Shown here: positions 15,101-28,669 of the stretch, one piece after another | Numbering within the stretch: the first letter of the stretch is position 1 | Layout of the letters: the number at the start of each line of letters is the position of its first letter | Origin: Macrostomum lignano | Lineage: Eukaryota | Direction: 5' to 3' | Assembly: GCA_002269645.1 (NCBI GenBank) | Contig: NIVC01001996.1 | Span: forward strand, 32,033 to 96,032 | DNA: 64,000 nucleotides | Made by a program: the position numbers and the translations under genes | The notes under the pieces: model-generated | What the model was told of the DNA's origin: nothing | What the model saw: the letters and a program-made list of their open reading frames with translations, nothing else | The model's database searches: none

Positions 15101-18100
15101 AATCCATAAAATTCTGATAAGAATCCATGAGTACAGATAAGAATCCATGGAATACTGATAAGAAAACATAGAATACTGATAAGAATCCATAGAATACTGA
15201 TAAGAATCCATAGAATACTGATAAGTATCCATAGAATACTGATAAGAATCCATAGAATACTGATAAGAATCCATGAAATACTGATAAGAATCCATAGAAT
15301 ACTGATAAGTATCCATAGAATACTGATAAGAATCCATAGAATACTGATAAGAATCCATGGAATACTGATAAGAATCCATAGAATACTGATAAGAATCCAT
15401 AGAATACTGATAAGAATCCATAGAATACTGATAAGAATCCATGAGTACAGATAAGAATCCATGGAATACTGATAAGAAAACATAGAATACTGATAAGAAT
15501 CCATAGAATACTGATAAGAATCCATAGAATACTGATAAGTATCCATAGAATACTGATAAGAATCCATGGAATACTGATAATAATCCATAGAATACTGATA
15601 AGAATCCATGGAATACAGATAAGAATCCATGAAATACTGATAAGAATCCATGAAATGAAACTGATAAGAATCCATCGAATACTGATAAGAATCCATATAA
15701 TACTGATAAGAATCCATGGAATACTGATAAGAATCCATGGAATACTGATAAGAATCCATAGAATACTGATAAGAATCCATAGAATACTGATAAGAATCCA
15801 TGGAATACTGATAAGAATCCATAGAATACTGATAAGAATCCATGGAATACTGATAAGAATCCATGGAATACTGATAAGAATCCATGGAATACTGATAAGA
15901 ATCCATGGAATACTGATAAGAATCCATGGAATACTGATAAGAATCCATAGAATACTGATAAGAATCCATGGAATGCAGATAATGGGAAAATTCTGCAACA
16001 AGCAGCCGCTCTGTTCTCACCGATCGTGCGCCATTCCATATGCAGGCAACAAGTACGCCAACTGCACTCCGCTGCAAATGGCCATCGGCAAGGGCCAGAT
16101 GGAGATTGTCAAAATGCTATTGGATGCCGGTGCTAATTTGTTCGCTAATATGGACAGCATGGGTGAGTTTCGGTAAATTATTAATCCATAAGAAGATTCT
16201 TACTTCTTATTTGGTGTCTTGTCACTCCCAATTTCTGAATAGTGAACTGTTGCGTGTCTTGCCACTCTACCTGACTGTCTTGTCACTCTTGATCTGACTG
16301 TCTTGTCACTCTTTATCTGACTATATTGTCACTCTTTATCTGACTGTCTTGTCACTCTTTATCTGACTGTCTTGTCACTTTATCTGACTGTCTTGTCACT
16401 CTTTATCTGACTATATTGTCACTCTTTATCTGACTGTCTTGTCACTCTTTATCTGACTATATTGTCACTCTTTATCTGACTGTCTTGTCACTCTTTATCT
16501 GACTATATTGTCACTCTCTATCTGACTGTCTTGTCACTCTTGATCTGACTATATTGTCACTCTTTATCTGACTGTCTTGTCACTCTTTATAGGTCCCGAC
16601 CAGACCGAGTTCAGCGTCTCCTGCCTGCACACGGCCGTGGTGATGGACCACGCGGGCATCGGGCAGCTGCTGCTTGACCGCGGCGTCGATGTCAACGTGT
16701 GCACGTCGTCGGGCTTGACTCCGTTGCACTACGCAGCCAGCTGGGGTCACGACGCCTTCGCCAAGCTGCTGCTGAGCCGGGGTGCCACCGTAGACGCTGT
16801 CGGCGAACAGTTTATGGCTACGCCTTTGATCTATGCCGCCAGGCGGGACAAGCACACCACTATGCGGCTGCTGCTGGAGCACGGAGCAAATCCTAATCAT
16901 CAGGATAAGCAGGTGAGATAATTGCACCTTGTGTGAGCTCTTGTGTATCAGTGCGTGCATATATAAGGTGGATATGGGGTAGTTTCACAGGTAGATATCA
17001 GGTAGTTTCACGGGTAGATATCAGGTAGTTTCACGGGTAGATATCAGGTAGTTTCACAGGTAGATATCAGGTAGTTTCACAGGTAGATATCGGGTAGTTA
17101 GGCAGGTAGATATCGGGTAGTTAGGCAGGTAGATATCAGGTAGTTTCACGGGTAGATATCAGGTAGTTTCACAGGTAGATATCGGGTAGTTAGGCAGGTA
17201 GATATCGAGTAGTTTCACGGGTTCAGTAGTCAGCTAGTTTTACAGATAGATGCACCATAAAAAACTGTCAATGCAGGGTTACACAGCGCTTCACTGGTGT
17301 CTGACATTCAACCACGTGGACTCGTTAGACGTTTTGTTAAACTGCGGTCGCAAATTGGACGTCAATTTGATTAGTCAGAAAGTGGATCACAGACGCGGTG
17401 TCACTGCTCTGGTTCTGGGTCTGGAGTACTGCTCAGCTAAAGTGGTCGAACGCTTGTTGGAGATGGGCTCAGACCCCAATGTGATCTTCGACGCCAATGA
17501 GATGACTTTGACGCCGATTTTCCTCTGCGCCGAGTTTGGATGCGTCGACAAATTGCAGCTGTTGATCAAGTATGGCGCCGACTTGAATAGGTGAGTTTGA
17601 CCTTGCATACGTGGCTTGGAGTGACGGAATGATAAGCTAGTTCTGCCTGAGATAAAATAAATGATGGGAGTGACAGGATGAGTGATTCTGGAGTGAAAGG
17701 ATGAGTGATGCTGAAGTGACAATATGAGTGATGCCGGAGTGAGAGGATGAGTGATAGCGGAGTGACAAGATGAGTGATGCCAGAGTGACAGGGTGAGTGA
17801 TGCCGAAGTGAGAGGATGAGTGATTCCAGAGTGACAGGGTGAGTGATGCCGGAGTGACAGGATGAGTGATTCCAGAGTGACAGGGTGAGTGATGCCGGAG
17901 TGACAGGATGAGTGATTCCAGAGTGACAGGGTGAGTGATGCCGGAGTGACAAGATGAGTGATGCCGGAGTGACAGGGTGAGTGATGCCGGAGTGACAGGG
18001 TGAGTGATGCCGGAGTGACAGGATGAGTGATGCCAGAGTGACAAGATGAGTGATGCCGGAGTGACAGGATGAGTGATGCCGGAGTGACAATATGAGTGAT

Positions 18101-21100
18101 GCCAGAGTGACAGGGTGAGTGATGCCGGAGTGACAGGATGAGTGATTCCAGAGTGACAGGGTGAGTGATGCCGGAGTGACAAGATGAGTGATGCCAGAGT
18201 GACAAGATGAGTGATGCCGGAGTAACAGGGTGAGTGATGCCGGAGTGACAGGGTGAGTGATGCCGGAGTGACAGGATGAGTGATGCCAGAGTGATAGGAT
18301 GAGTGATGCCGGAGTGACAGGATGAGTGATGCCGAAGTGACAGGATGAGTGATGCCAGAGTGATAGGATGAGTGATGCCGGAGTGACAATATGAGTGATG
18401 CCGGAGTGACAGGATGAGTGATGCCGGAGTGACAAGATGAGTGATGCCGGAGTGACAAGATGAGTAATAGAGTGACAAGATGAGGCAGTGAGTGAAAGGG
18501 AGACAGGATGAGTGACGAGAATGACCAGCCGAGTGACAATGTCAGAGTGACAAACAAACACCCCATCCCCGCAGAACGTCATCCCGCAAAGAGACTCCGT
18601 TGCATTTCGCTTTGCGCTTCAAAAAAGTAGCGGCCGCCGAGCGTCTGATCCGAGCAGGTGCCGATTTGGAGACCCGGGCCAGCATCGGCAACGGCGAGCA
18701 CCAGCAGGGTGTACACGTGGCCGCGCAGCTGGGCTTGAACAGCTGTATCCGCCTGCTGGCAGAGTACGGCGCCAATGTCAATTCGACTATGACTTTGAAA
18801 TGCGTCGAACGAGTGACCCCGTTACATCTGGCGGCTTTGAACGACCTGTCGGAGACTGTCAAGATTCTTGTCATGCTTGGTGCCGATGTTAATTGCCAGC
18901 GTAGCGACACCTTCACGCCTTTGTTAACTGCCGTGACCAAGTCTAACGTGTGCGCTGTCAAGTGTCTTGTTCGGGCTGGGGCCGATATTCACACTCGCTG
19001 CATTGTGTCCAGAAGCAAGGATGCCACCTGCCTGCACATCGCTGCCCAGGTAAGCTCACTGGCAGGTAGGGGGAGACAGATTGACAGGTGAGAGTAGATA
19101 TCAAGTAGTTTGGCAGGTAAATATCAGGTAGTTTGGCAGGTAGACATCGGGTAGTATGGCAGGTAGATATCAGGTAGTTTGGCAGGTAGACATCGGGTAG
19201 TATGGTAGGTAGATATCGAGTAGTTTGGCAGGTAGATATCGAGTAGTTTGGCAGGTAGATATCGAGTAGTTTGGCAGGTAGATATCGGGTAGTATGGCAG
19301 GTAGATGTCAGGTAGTTTTGCAGGTAGATATCAGGTAGTTTGGCAGGTATACACCGGGTAGTATGGCAGGTAGATATCAGGTAGTTAGGCAGGTATACAC
19401 CGGGTAGTATGGCAGGTAGATATCAGGTAGTATGTCAGGTAGATATCGGGTAGTATGGCAGGTAGATATCGAGTAGTTTGGCATTTAGATATCAGATAGA
19501 TATCAAGTAGTTTAGCAGGTAGATATCGGGTAGTTTAGCAGGTAGATATCGGGTAGTATGGCAGGTAGATATCGGGTAGTTTTGCAGGTAGATATCGGGT
19601 AGTTTTGCAGGTAGATATCAAGTAGTTTAGCAGGTAGATATCGGGTAGTTTTGCAGGTAGATATCGGGTAGTTTCGTTTGCGTGCCTAAATATTGGCACA
19701 AAACAATCGGCTTTCATTGCAGGTCGGGAGCCTGGAAATCGTTGACCTGCTGCTAGAGCGGGGCGCCAACCCACTGGCCCGGATGGTCACCGGGGATCGA
19801 GCCGGCATCCTTCCAGTCCACCTGGCCTCGGAGACCGGCCATCTGGACGTTATTAAGCGCTTCCTCGACATCGGCGTAGACGTGAACGCGCAGGAAGACT
19901 GCGGCCTGACCTGCCTGCACTACGCGGCCAACGGTGGCAAGGCGGACATCATTAAACTGCTGCTTGAGAGGGGCGCCAGGGTGGATCTGAAGGCCGCCTA
20001 TGATGACGGTGAGGCTTTTATTGTTTGGTTTTGGTAAAACTGGTTTGTAGTATAATTATTACGGTATAGAGAGGATTAGGGTATGGAAGGAACTGAAGAG
20101 AGCGGTAGTATGATGGGGGAGAGCGGAAGTGTGATGGGGGAGAGCGGAAGTATTATGGGGGAGGGCGGAAGCATGATGGGGGAGAGCGGAAGCATGAATG
20201 GGAGAGCGGAAGCGTGATGGGGAGAGCGGAATCATGATGGTGGAGAGCGGAATCATGATGGGGGAGAGCGGAATCATGATGGGGGAGAGCGGAAGCATAG
20301 TAATCTGAATCTGATATGGAACAGAGAATGGCAGAGAGAAACAAAGACCTGCAACAAAGACACAAGGAGTGAATTGTCTCACTCGCTGTCTCACTCGCAG
20401 GCAATCGAGTGGACGTTCTGCCGCTGCACATGGCCTGCGAGAAGGGCAACGCCGAGTGCGCCCGGCTGCTGGTGGAGGCCGGCAGCCCTCTGGATGCCAC
20501 CCTGTTCCGCAACAGACGCGGTAACATCACCCCACTGTACCTGGCCGTTGCGGAGAACAATCCCGAAGTTGTATCTGTTTTGCTAGCTGCCGGCTCCGAT
20601 GTCAACATTCAAGACGGCATCGGCGCCGCGCCGCTGCACATCTCCTGCCAGCGCGGCTATCACGACATCTTCTGCCAGCTGTTGTGCCATCCTAGCGTCA
20701 ACGTGAACATCGCCACATTCAACGGCGTCACCCCTATCCATATCGTGTCGGAGAAGGGCCACTTCGACATGGCCATGTGGTTGATCGCTCGCGGAGTGAA
20801 TGTTAATCCGTTGTGCCGGATTAAGGACGTGCACTCGGGCCAGATGTCTGAGGACATCATACCGTTGAATCAGGCGTGCGGCTTCGGCCATCTGCAGATT
20901 GTAAAACTGCTGTTGCAGGTTTGTGTTCAAGTCTTTGTTCTTTGTTGTTGACCCTTATCATTAGTCTCTGTATTGTTTTGTTAGTTTAGTCTCTGTCAGT
21001 CTTTGTTCTTCAAGATGAGTCTCTGTTAGTCTTCGTTCTGCAAGATTATTCTTTGTTAGACTCTTTTCTAAAAGATTAGTCTCTATCAGTCTTTGTTCTG

Positions 21101-22643
21101 TAAGATTGGTCTTTGCCAGTCTTTGTTCTGTAGTATTAGTCTCTATTTGTCTTTGTTCTGCGATATTAGTCCCTGTTAGTCTTTGTTCCGTAGTATTAGT
21201 CTCTAGTAGTCTTTGTTCTGCAATATTAGTCTATATTTGTCTTTGTTCTGCGATATTAGTCCCTGCAAGTCCTTTTCTGTAATATTAGTCTTTGTCCCGA
21301 ATCACCATCACCACCCCTCCCCAAACTCGAACGCGCAGAACGGCGCCGATGTGCACCACGGTGAGAATTTCGAAGGCCGCCGTGGCATCGCCAGCATTCA
21401 TTGCGCCGCAATTCGCGGCCGGCATCACGTTATACCATTGCTGCGCAAGTTTGGCGCCAATTTGAATGCCACAGACGAGCAGGGCTGGAGCCCGCTGCAC
21501 TGGGCTGTTCACGAGCGATTTTACGATACTGTGCTGCTGCTGCTGCAGAATGGCGCCGACCCCAGGCTGCTCAACCAGGTGAGTCTCAAGCCACACGACC
21601 GCCTTGGTTCGATTCCCACATGTGTGAGCCGCTGTACACCCTGTCTGAGCCGCTGTGCACCCTGTGTGAGCCGCTGTACACCCTTGTCAGCCGCTGTACA
21701 CCCTGTGTGAGCCGCTGTACACCCTGTGTGAGTCGCTGTACACCCTGTGTGAGCCGCTGTACACCCTGTGTGAGCCGCTGTGGACCCTGTGTGAGCCGCT
21801 GTACACCCTGTGTGAGTCGCTGTACACCCTGTGTGAGCCGCTGTACACCCTGTGTGAGCCGCTGTACACCCTGTGTGAGTCGCTGTACACCCTGTGTGAG
21901 TCGCTGTACACGCTGTGTGAGCCGCTGTACACCGTGTGTGAGCCGGTGTACACCATGTGTGAGCCGCTGTGCACCCTTGTCAGCCGCTGTACACCCTGTG
22001 TGAGCCGGTGTACACCATGTGTGAGCCGGTGTACACCCTGTGTGAGCCACTGTGCACCCTGTGTGAGCCACTGTGCACCCTGTGTGAGCCGCTGTGCACC
22101 CTGTGTGAGCCACTGTGCACCCTGTGTGAGCCGCTGTACACCCTGTGTGAGCCGCTGTACACCCTGTGTGAGTCGCTGTACACGCTGTGTGAGCCGCTGT
22201 ACACCCTGTGTGAGCCGGTGTACACCCTGTGTGAGCCGCTGTACACCCTGTGTGAGTCGCTGTACACGCTGTGTGAGCCGCTGTACACCCTGTGTGAGCC
22301 GGTGTACACCATGTGTGAGCCGCTGTGCACCCTTGTCAGCCGCTGTACACCCTGTGTGAGCCGGTGTACACCATGTGTGAGCCGGTGTACACCCTGTGTG
22401 AGCCGCTGTGCACCCTGTGTGAGCCACTGTGCACCCTGTGTGAGCCGCTGTCGAAATTTCGAGTCCTGTCATCCTGGTTTCTATAGACGTTGAAAAGTAC
22501 TTGCCTCTAACAATGATTTCTGTGTCATCACACAGGATGGCCAGCGGCCCATCCAGATGGCCACAACCAACGACATCACCTCCGTTCTGGAGCGGTTCGA
22601 AGCGCAACTGCGGAACGATGGTGAACCAATGTCAACAGAATGA
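12174..22643 (+). CDS. Large ankyrin-repeat protein, 10 exons, 1242 aa
   Basis: Exons 12174-12857, 13861-14527, 16046-16162, 16593-16912, 17277-17590, 18575-19049, 19723-20008, 20401-20918, 21339-21578, 22536-22643. All GT..AG, phases consistent, total 3729 nt. Many ANK motifs (GWTLLHYA, TPLMLAC, GNTPLHYAA, GLTPLHYAA, GWSPLHWAV). No other domain recognised. Confidence 0.9.
13040..13810. repeat. ~21-bp minisatellite (gattggaatctatagacttct) in ankyrin intron 1
   Basis: Directly visible. Confidence 0.95.
14590..15975. repeat. 21-bp minisatellite (gataagaatccatagaatact) in ankyrin intron 2
   Basis: Directly visible. Confidence 0.95.
16270..16590. repeat. ~23-bp minisatellite (ctgactgtcttgtcactctttat) in ankyrin intron 3
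   Basis: Directly visible; runs into the acceptor AG at 16591-16592. Confidence 0.95.
16975..17220. repeat. Minisatellite (ggtagatatcaggtagtttcac-like) in ankyrin intron 4
   Basis: Directly visible. Confidence 0.9.
17670..18550. repeat. Minisatellite (gagtgatgccggagtgacaggat-like) in ankyrin intron 5
   Basis: Directly visible. Confidence 0.95.
19090..19680. repeat. Minisatellite (ggtagatatcgggtagtttggca-like) in ankyrin intron 6, same family as intron 4
   Basis: Directly visible. Confidence 0.95.
20110..20300. repeat. 21-bp minisatellite (atgatgggggagagcggaatc) in ankyrin intron 7
   Basis: Directly visible. Confidence 0.9.
20960..21300. repeat. Degenerate ttagtctttgttctg-type repeat in ankyrin intron 8
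   Basis: Directly visible. Confidence 0.8.
21620..22450. repeat. 21-bp minisatellite (ccctgtgtgagccgctgtaca) in ankyrin intron 9
   Basis: Directly visible. Confidence 0.95.
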
Positions 22644-23089
22644 GCCTTTCTGTTATTTGTTTTTAACTAACCAACTTACTACTGAATCTAACTGAAATCA
22701 GTAGTATGCATATATATTTATCATCATTTTAAAGCACTACCTATTAGTGATTAAAATAACCGTGATAATCAGACTGGCTAATTAAATATGCATTCAGTAA
22801 TTGCACTAACGGCTTATTAATATTGTTATCTTTATTTAATACCGTACTAATAATGTCTGTGTACAATTATCATATCATGCAAATTTATTTACCTGTGTTA
22901 TCTAACTGACTTTTTACTTCTTGATGCGTACTTTTTCAGAAGAAATAATGGATTCTTAAGCTTATTGAGCTTTGATTTATAGTTTGATTAATTATTAATT
23001 GTTGTGCCATTGTGTTTCAATTTTAATGCCTGCTTATCTGCTTTGGTAAAAACCTCACCTCGATTTAAGTCAACATCAGATGATAATGA

Positions 23090-23720
23090 TGGTGAGAGTC
23101 ATAGGTGGGATTAGATGATAATTAGCGTGAGAGTCAAATGTGAGATTAGATGATAATTGGGGTGAGAGTCAAATGTGAGATTAGATGATAATTGGGGTGA
23201 GAGTCAAATGTGAGATTAGATGATAATTGGAGTGAGATTAGAAGATAATTAGCGTGAGAGTCAAATGTGAGATTAGATAATAATTGGGGTGAGATTAGAT
23301 GATAATTAGCGTGAGAGTCAAATGTGAGATTAGATGATAATTGGGGTGAGAGTCAAATGTGAGATTAGATGATAATTGGGGTGAGAGTCATAGGTGAGAT
23401 TAGATGATAATGTAGGTGAGGGTCATATGGGAGATTAGATGATAATTGGGGTGAGAGTCAAATGTGAGATTAGATGATAATTGGGGTGAGATTAGATGAT
23501 AATTAGCGTGAGGGTCAAATGTGAGATTAGATGATAATTGGGGTGAGGGTCAAATGTGAGATTAGATGATAATTAGGGTGAGAGTCATATGTGAGATTAG
23601 ATGACAATGAAGGTGAGGGTCATAGGGGAGATTAGATTATAAGGGTGAGAGTCAGATGGAATTATGACAAATGGGGTGAGTCATAGTTAAGATTATGTCA
23701 GTGGGGTGAGAGTCATAGAT
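23090..23720. repeat. Minisatellite (gtgagagtcaaatgtgagattagatgataattggg)
   Basis: Directly visible. Confidence 0.9.
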
Positions 23721-25389
23721 TATGCTAATGAGGTGCGGTTCCGATGCCGATGAGTTCAATGTTCTCGCAGGCAAATAAGTTAGTGTTAATTGTTTGGAAA
23801 ATTTGCAACTCAGTGCCTTCCTTAAACCCAACCTGATGGACCGTTTAATCTCTGCTTCAACGGTGATGGATTAATTGATTGATTGATTTGATTTTGCGAT
23901 GATCTCAGCTAGTACTGGAAAGTAAGTAGTTATATGTTCAGCTCACAAATTTATTGTGTCTGTTTTGAGTTCATTTTAATTAGTTTCGCCTTTCAAAAAC
24001 TTTAACTGATTTGTCCTTGTTGTGTCCCGACTTTTTACTCTTGGCTTTTTCCTCCGTTTTTCTCCTCGATTACGCTCGTGTATTGTACTGTACTACTCAT
24101 CTGTGATAGCTTAGCAGTAGTATGCTTAGCACATAATGCGATTTTAATCGCCCTGTCAGGGTTTTATTATATTATTAATCCGCTCTCATCTATTTGTGGC
24201 TTCTGTGTCTCCATTTTTTCTTAGAATAGATTTTCTTACGTGTACACGCAGGCTACTAAGATTGTGTTAATATATGCTATAATTTCATGTACATGCAGCT
24301 CCCGCTCATTTTCCTGCTCTAGACCACACATACTAAAATAACTAACTAGATGGGCCACTCAGTATAAGACAAGGCAGCTGAAATCACTTTGATAAGTTCA
24401 GAAACCCAAGCTTGCAGGCGTAAACAGCTTGCTAATTGGTTCAGCAATAATGTACATTGGCCAGTCCACTGAAATGTACATGGCAGCTTTAGGCTGGAAT
24501 TCCGAAAAAGGCAATAAAAATTGGGGCGGGGCGGGGGGTAGAGAAAGGCGCGGTTAGAGGGTTTAAGTGGGGTAAGAGCCAATAAATGAGCCTTGGCTTT
24601 AAAAATACAATAAAATGCTTCCGTTTAACTTGCTACTGAAAGTAGCTTACACACAAATGTGCTGAGTGGCCCATCTAGTTATTATAGTATCTGTGCTCTT
24701 ACAAATTTACTCGTAAATGAAAAAATTCGACCTCAGACTTTGCATCGCCGCCCTTTTTTCAAAACCTTGAAAAATTCTGTGATTCGAAAATTTTGCAGGC
24801 TTACACACACACACGCTCTGATACACACTTGCATTAATTTTCTCTTTGCTTCGTTCTTGTTTGATTGCTTTTTTCAGGCCATTCAAATAGTAACTACTAC
24901 TCGCTGTCTGAGGTTATTAGTAGTGTGCTAAGATTTATTGCCGGACACCGCGTGTTTTGGCAAAGCTTTGAACAAATTTACTCACTCTCTACTAGTAATT
25001 GAGTAGTATCATTTGCGCATAGGATTTGGCCAGTTTTACTTCTGTGTGGGTTTTATTGCTGGGTTAAAATTTGTCTCATATATCTTCCTCTGTGTGCGAT
25101 TAAATCAAACTGCTTATTATTATTATTATTTGCTAATATTAACTACAGTGGCATGTCTGTAAGTGGTAAATTATACCATATATTTATATATAAATATACT
25201 ATACATACGCGAAACTTAACCGCACAACACGTTGTGCTATAGCAGCCTTTCAAGTAGATAGCTAACAGGAGGGCTCAATGTGGTAACTGCAATCGGCTTT
25301 GTATTTTGACACTGCGTGTTTTTCATCATATTTGCATGACGTCAGGCTCAATCAGAGAGCAGGCAAGCAGGTTCATCTCAATCATGTGA

Positions 25390-28160
25390 ATGGCTTCTGA
25401 ATCACACTTGGGAATCATTTCTGAATCACACTTGATAATCGTTTCTGAATCACACTTGGGAATCATTTCTGTATCACACTTGGGAATCATTTCTGTATCA
25501 CACTTGGGAATCATTTCTGAATCACACCTGAGAATCATTTCTAAATCACACTTGAGAATCATTTCTGAATCACACTTGAGAATCGTTTCTGAATCACACC
25601 TGAGAATCGTTTCTAAATCACACTTGAGAATCATTTCTAAATCACACTTGAGAATCATTTCTGAATCACACTTGAGAATCATTTCTGAATCACACTTGAG
25701 AATCATTTCTGAATCACACTTGAGAATCATTTCTGAATCACACTTGAGAATCGTTTCTGAATCACACTTGAGAATCGTTTCTGAATCACACTTGAGAATC
25801 ATTTCTAAATCACACTTGGGAATCATTTCTGAATCACACTTGAGAATCATTTATGTATCACACTTGAGAATCATTTATGTATCACACCTCAGAATCATTT
25901 CTGAATCACACCTGGGAATCATTTCTAAATCACACTTGAGAATCATTTCTAAATCACACCTGAGAATCATTTCTAAATCACACTTGAGAATCATTTCTGA
26001 ATCACACTTGGGAATCATTTCTGAATCACACCTGAGAATCATTTCTGAATCACACTTGAGAATCATTTCTAAATCACACTTGAGAATCATTTCTAAATCA
26101 CACTTGGGAATCATTTCTGAATCACACTTGAGAATCATTTCTGTATCACACTTGAGAATCATTTCTGTATCACACTTGAGAATCATTTCTGTATCACACT
26201 TGAGAATCATTTATGTATCACACCTGAGAATCATTTCTGAATCACACTTGGGAATCATTTCTGAATCACACTTAAGAATCATTTATGTATCACACTTGAG
26301 AATCATTTATGTATCACACCTGACAATCATTTCTGAATCACACTTGAGAATCATTTCTAAATCACACTTGAGAATCATTTCTAAATCACACTTGGGAATC
26401 ATTTCTGAATCACACTTAAGAATCATTTCTGAATCACACTTAAGAATCATTTCTGAATTACACTTGAGAATCATTTATGTATCACACTTGAGAATCATTT
26501 ATGTATCACACCTGAGAATCATTTCTGAATCACACTTGGGAATCATTTCTGAATCACACTTAAGAATCATTTCTGAATCACACTTAAGAATCATTTCTGT
26601 ATCACACTTGAGAATCATTTCTAAATCACACTTGAGAATCATTTCTGTATCACGCTTGAGAATCATTTCTGTATCACACTTGAGAATCATTTCTGTATCA
26701 CACTTGAGAATCATTTATGTATCACACCTGAGAATCATTTCTGAATCACACTTGGGAATCATTTCTGTATCGCACTTAAGAATCATTTCTGTATCACACT
26801 TGAGAATCATTTCTGTATCACACTTGAGAATCATTTCTGTATCACACTTGGGAATCATTTCTGAATCACACCTGAGAATCATTTCTGAATCACACTTGAG
26901 AATCATTTCTAAATCACACTTGAGAATCATTTCTGTATCACGCTTGAGAATCATTTCTGAATCACACTTGATAATCGTTTCTGAATCACACCTGAGAATC
27001 ATTTCTAAATCACACTTGAGAATCATTTCTGAATCACACTTGATAATCGTTTCTGAATCACACTTGAGAATCATTCCTGTATCACACCTGAGAATCATTT
27101 CTGAATCACACTTGGGAATCATTTCTGAATCACACCTGAGAATCATTTCTGTATCACACCTGAGAATCATTTCTGAATCACACTTGGAAATCATTTCTGA
27201 ATCACACTTGAGAATCGTTTCTGAATCACACTTGAGTTCTGAATCACACGTTTCTAAATCACACTTGAGAATCATTTCTAAATCACACTTGAGAATCATT
27301 TCTGTATCACACTTGAGAATCATTTCTGAATGACACTTGAGAATCATTTCTAAATCACACTTGAGAATCATTTCTGTATCACGCTTGAGAATCATTTCTG
27401 AATCACACTTGATAATCGTTTCTGAATCACACCTGAGAATCATTTCTGTATCACACTTGAGAATCATTTCTGAATGACACTTGAGAATCATTTCTAAATC
27501 ACACTTGAGAATCATTTCTGTATCACGCTTGAGAATCATTTCTGAATCACACTTGATAATCGTTTCTGAATCACACCTGAGAATCATTTCTAAATCACAC
27601 TTGAGAATCATTTCTGAATCACACTTGATAATCGTTTCTGAATCACACTTGATAATCGTTTCTGAATCACACTTGAGAATCATTTCTGAATCACACTTGA
27701 TAATCGTTTCTGAATCACACTTGAGAATCATTTCTGAATCACACTTGATAATCGTTTCTGAATCACACTTGAGAATCATTTCTGAATCACACTTGATAAT
27801 CGTTTCTGAATCACACTTGAGAATCATTCCTGTATCACACCTGAGAATCATTTCTGAATCACACTTGGGAATCATTTCTGAATCACACCTGAGAATCATT
27901 TCTGTATCACACCTGAGAATCATTTCTGAATGACACTTGGGAATCATTTCTGAATCACACTTGAGAATCATTTCTGAATGACACTTGAGAATCATTTCTG
28001 AATGACACTTGGGAATCATTTCTGTATCACACTTGAGAATCATTTCTGAATGACACTTAGGAATCATTTCTGAATCACACTTGAGAATCATTTCTGTATC
28101 ACACTTGAGAATCATTTCTGAATGACACTTGGGAATCATTTCTGAATCACACTTGATAAT
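25390..28160. repeat. ~2.8-kb 21-bp minisatellite (gaatcatttctgaatcacactt-like)
   Basis: Directly visible. Confidence 0.97.
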
Positions 28161-28669
28161 CGGTTGTAAACTGACAATAGGCTAAATTTGTATCCGTGAA
28201 GGCACAGTTGAGTTAAGAATCTGCTGACGCCAAAAATATTGATCCGCAGGTGTTTCCGCGTTACTAAAATTAGATGCCAAGCAGCAGAGGCCCCTACAAC
28301 GCAGGGCTTATGGGTCCTGCAACTGACTTCTGACGCTTTTAGACCGTCGAGCGCTTGCTAGCTGACTGCATCCCATCCCGCTGAAACACACCCCCCCCCC
28401 ATTCCAGCCTTGTTGGCTATTGAATATAATGTGAAACCCTCATCATTCCGGGGAGCTGCAGATGACAGATAAAGGAGGCTTCAATTAATCAGCCGCTATA
28501 GTATAGATTTGGAGCAAGAGTTATTTTATATATACGTATATTTGTCAGCGCTTAGTTAGATGACAAACAGCCAGCAAGCTACGGTAGACCAGAGTTAAAT
28601 GGCAGTTTTTTCTACAGTCGCAGCCTAGCGCAGGTAGCAATGCTGCTGCTATGCAGGCATTGCTAGATG

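Noticed and set aside
14554-16077. 391-507-aa repetitive ORFs (MDSYQYS, WILISIL)
   Set aside because: 21-bp intronic minisatellite; a unit length divisible by 3 keeps frames open.
17387-18582. His/Ser-rich ORFs on the minus strand
   Set aside because: Antisense reading of the ankyrin intron 5 minisatellite.
21586-22607. Cys-rich VSRCTPC repeat ORFs resembling metallothionein or keratin-associated proteins
   Set aside because: They lie inside the in-phase GT..AG intron 21579-22535 and are open in all frames.
25326-28139. 647-aa and 474-aa repeat ORFs; CRISPR-like appearance
   Set aside because: Head-to-tail 21-bp units with no unique spacers, eukaryotic context, no cas genes.
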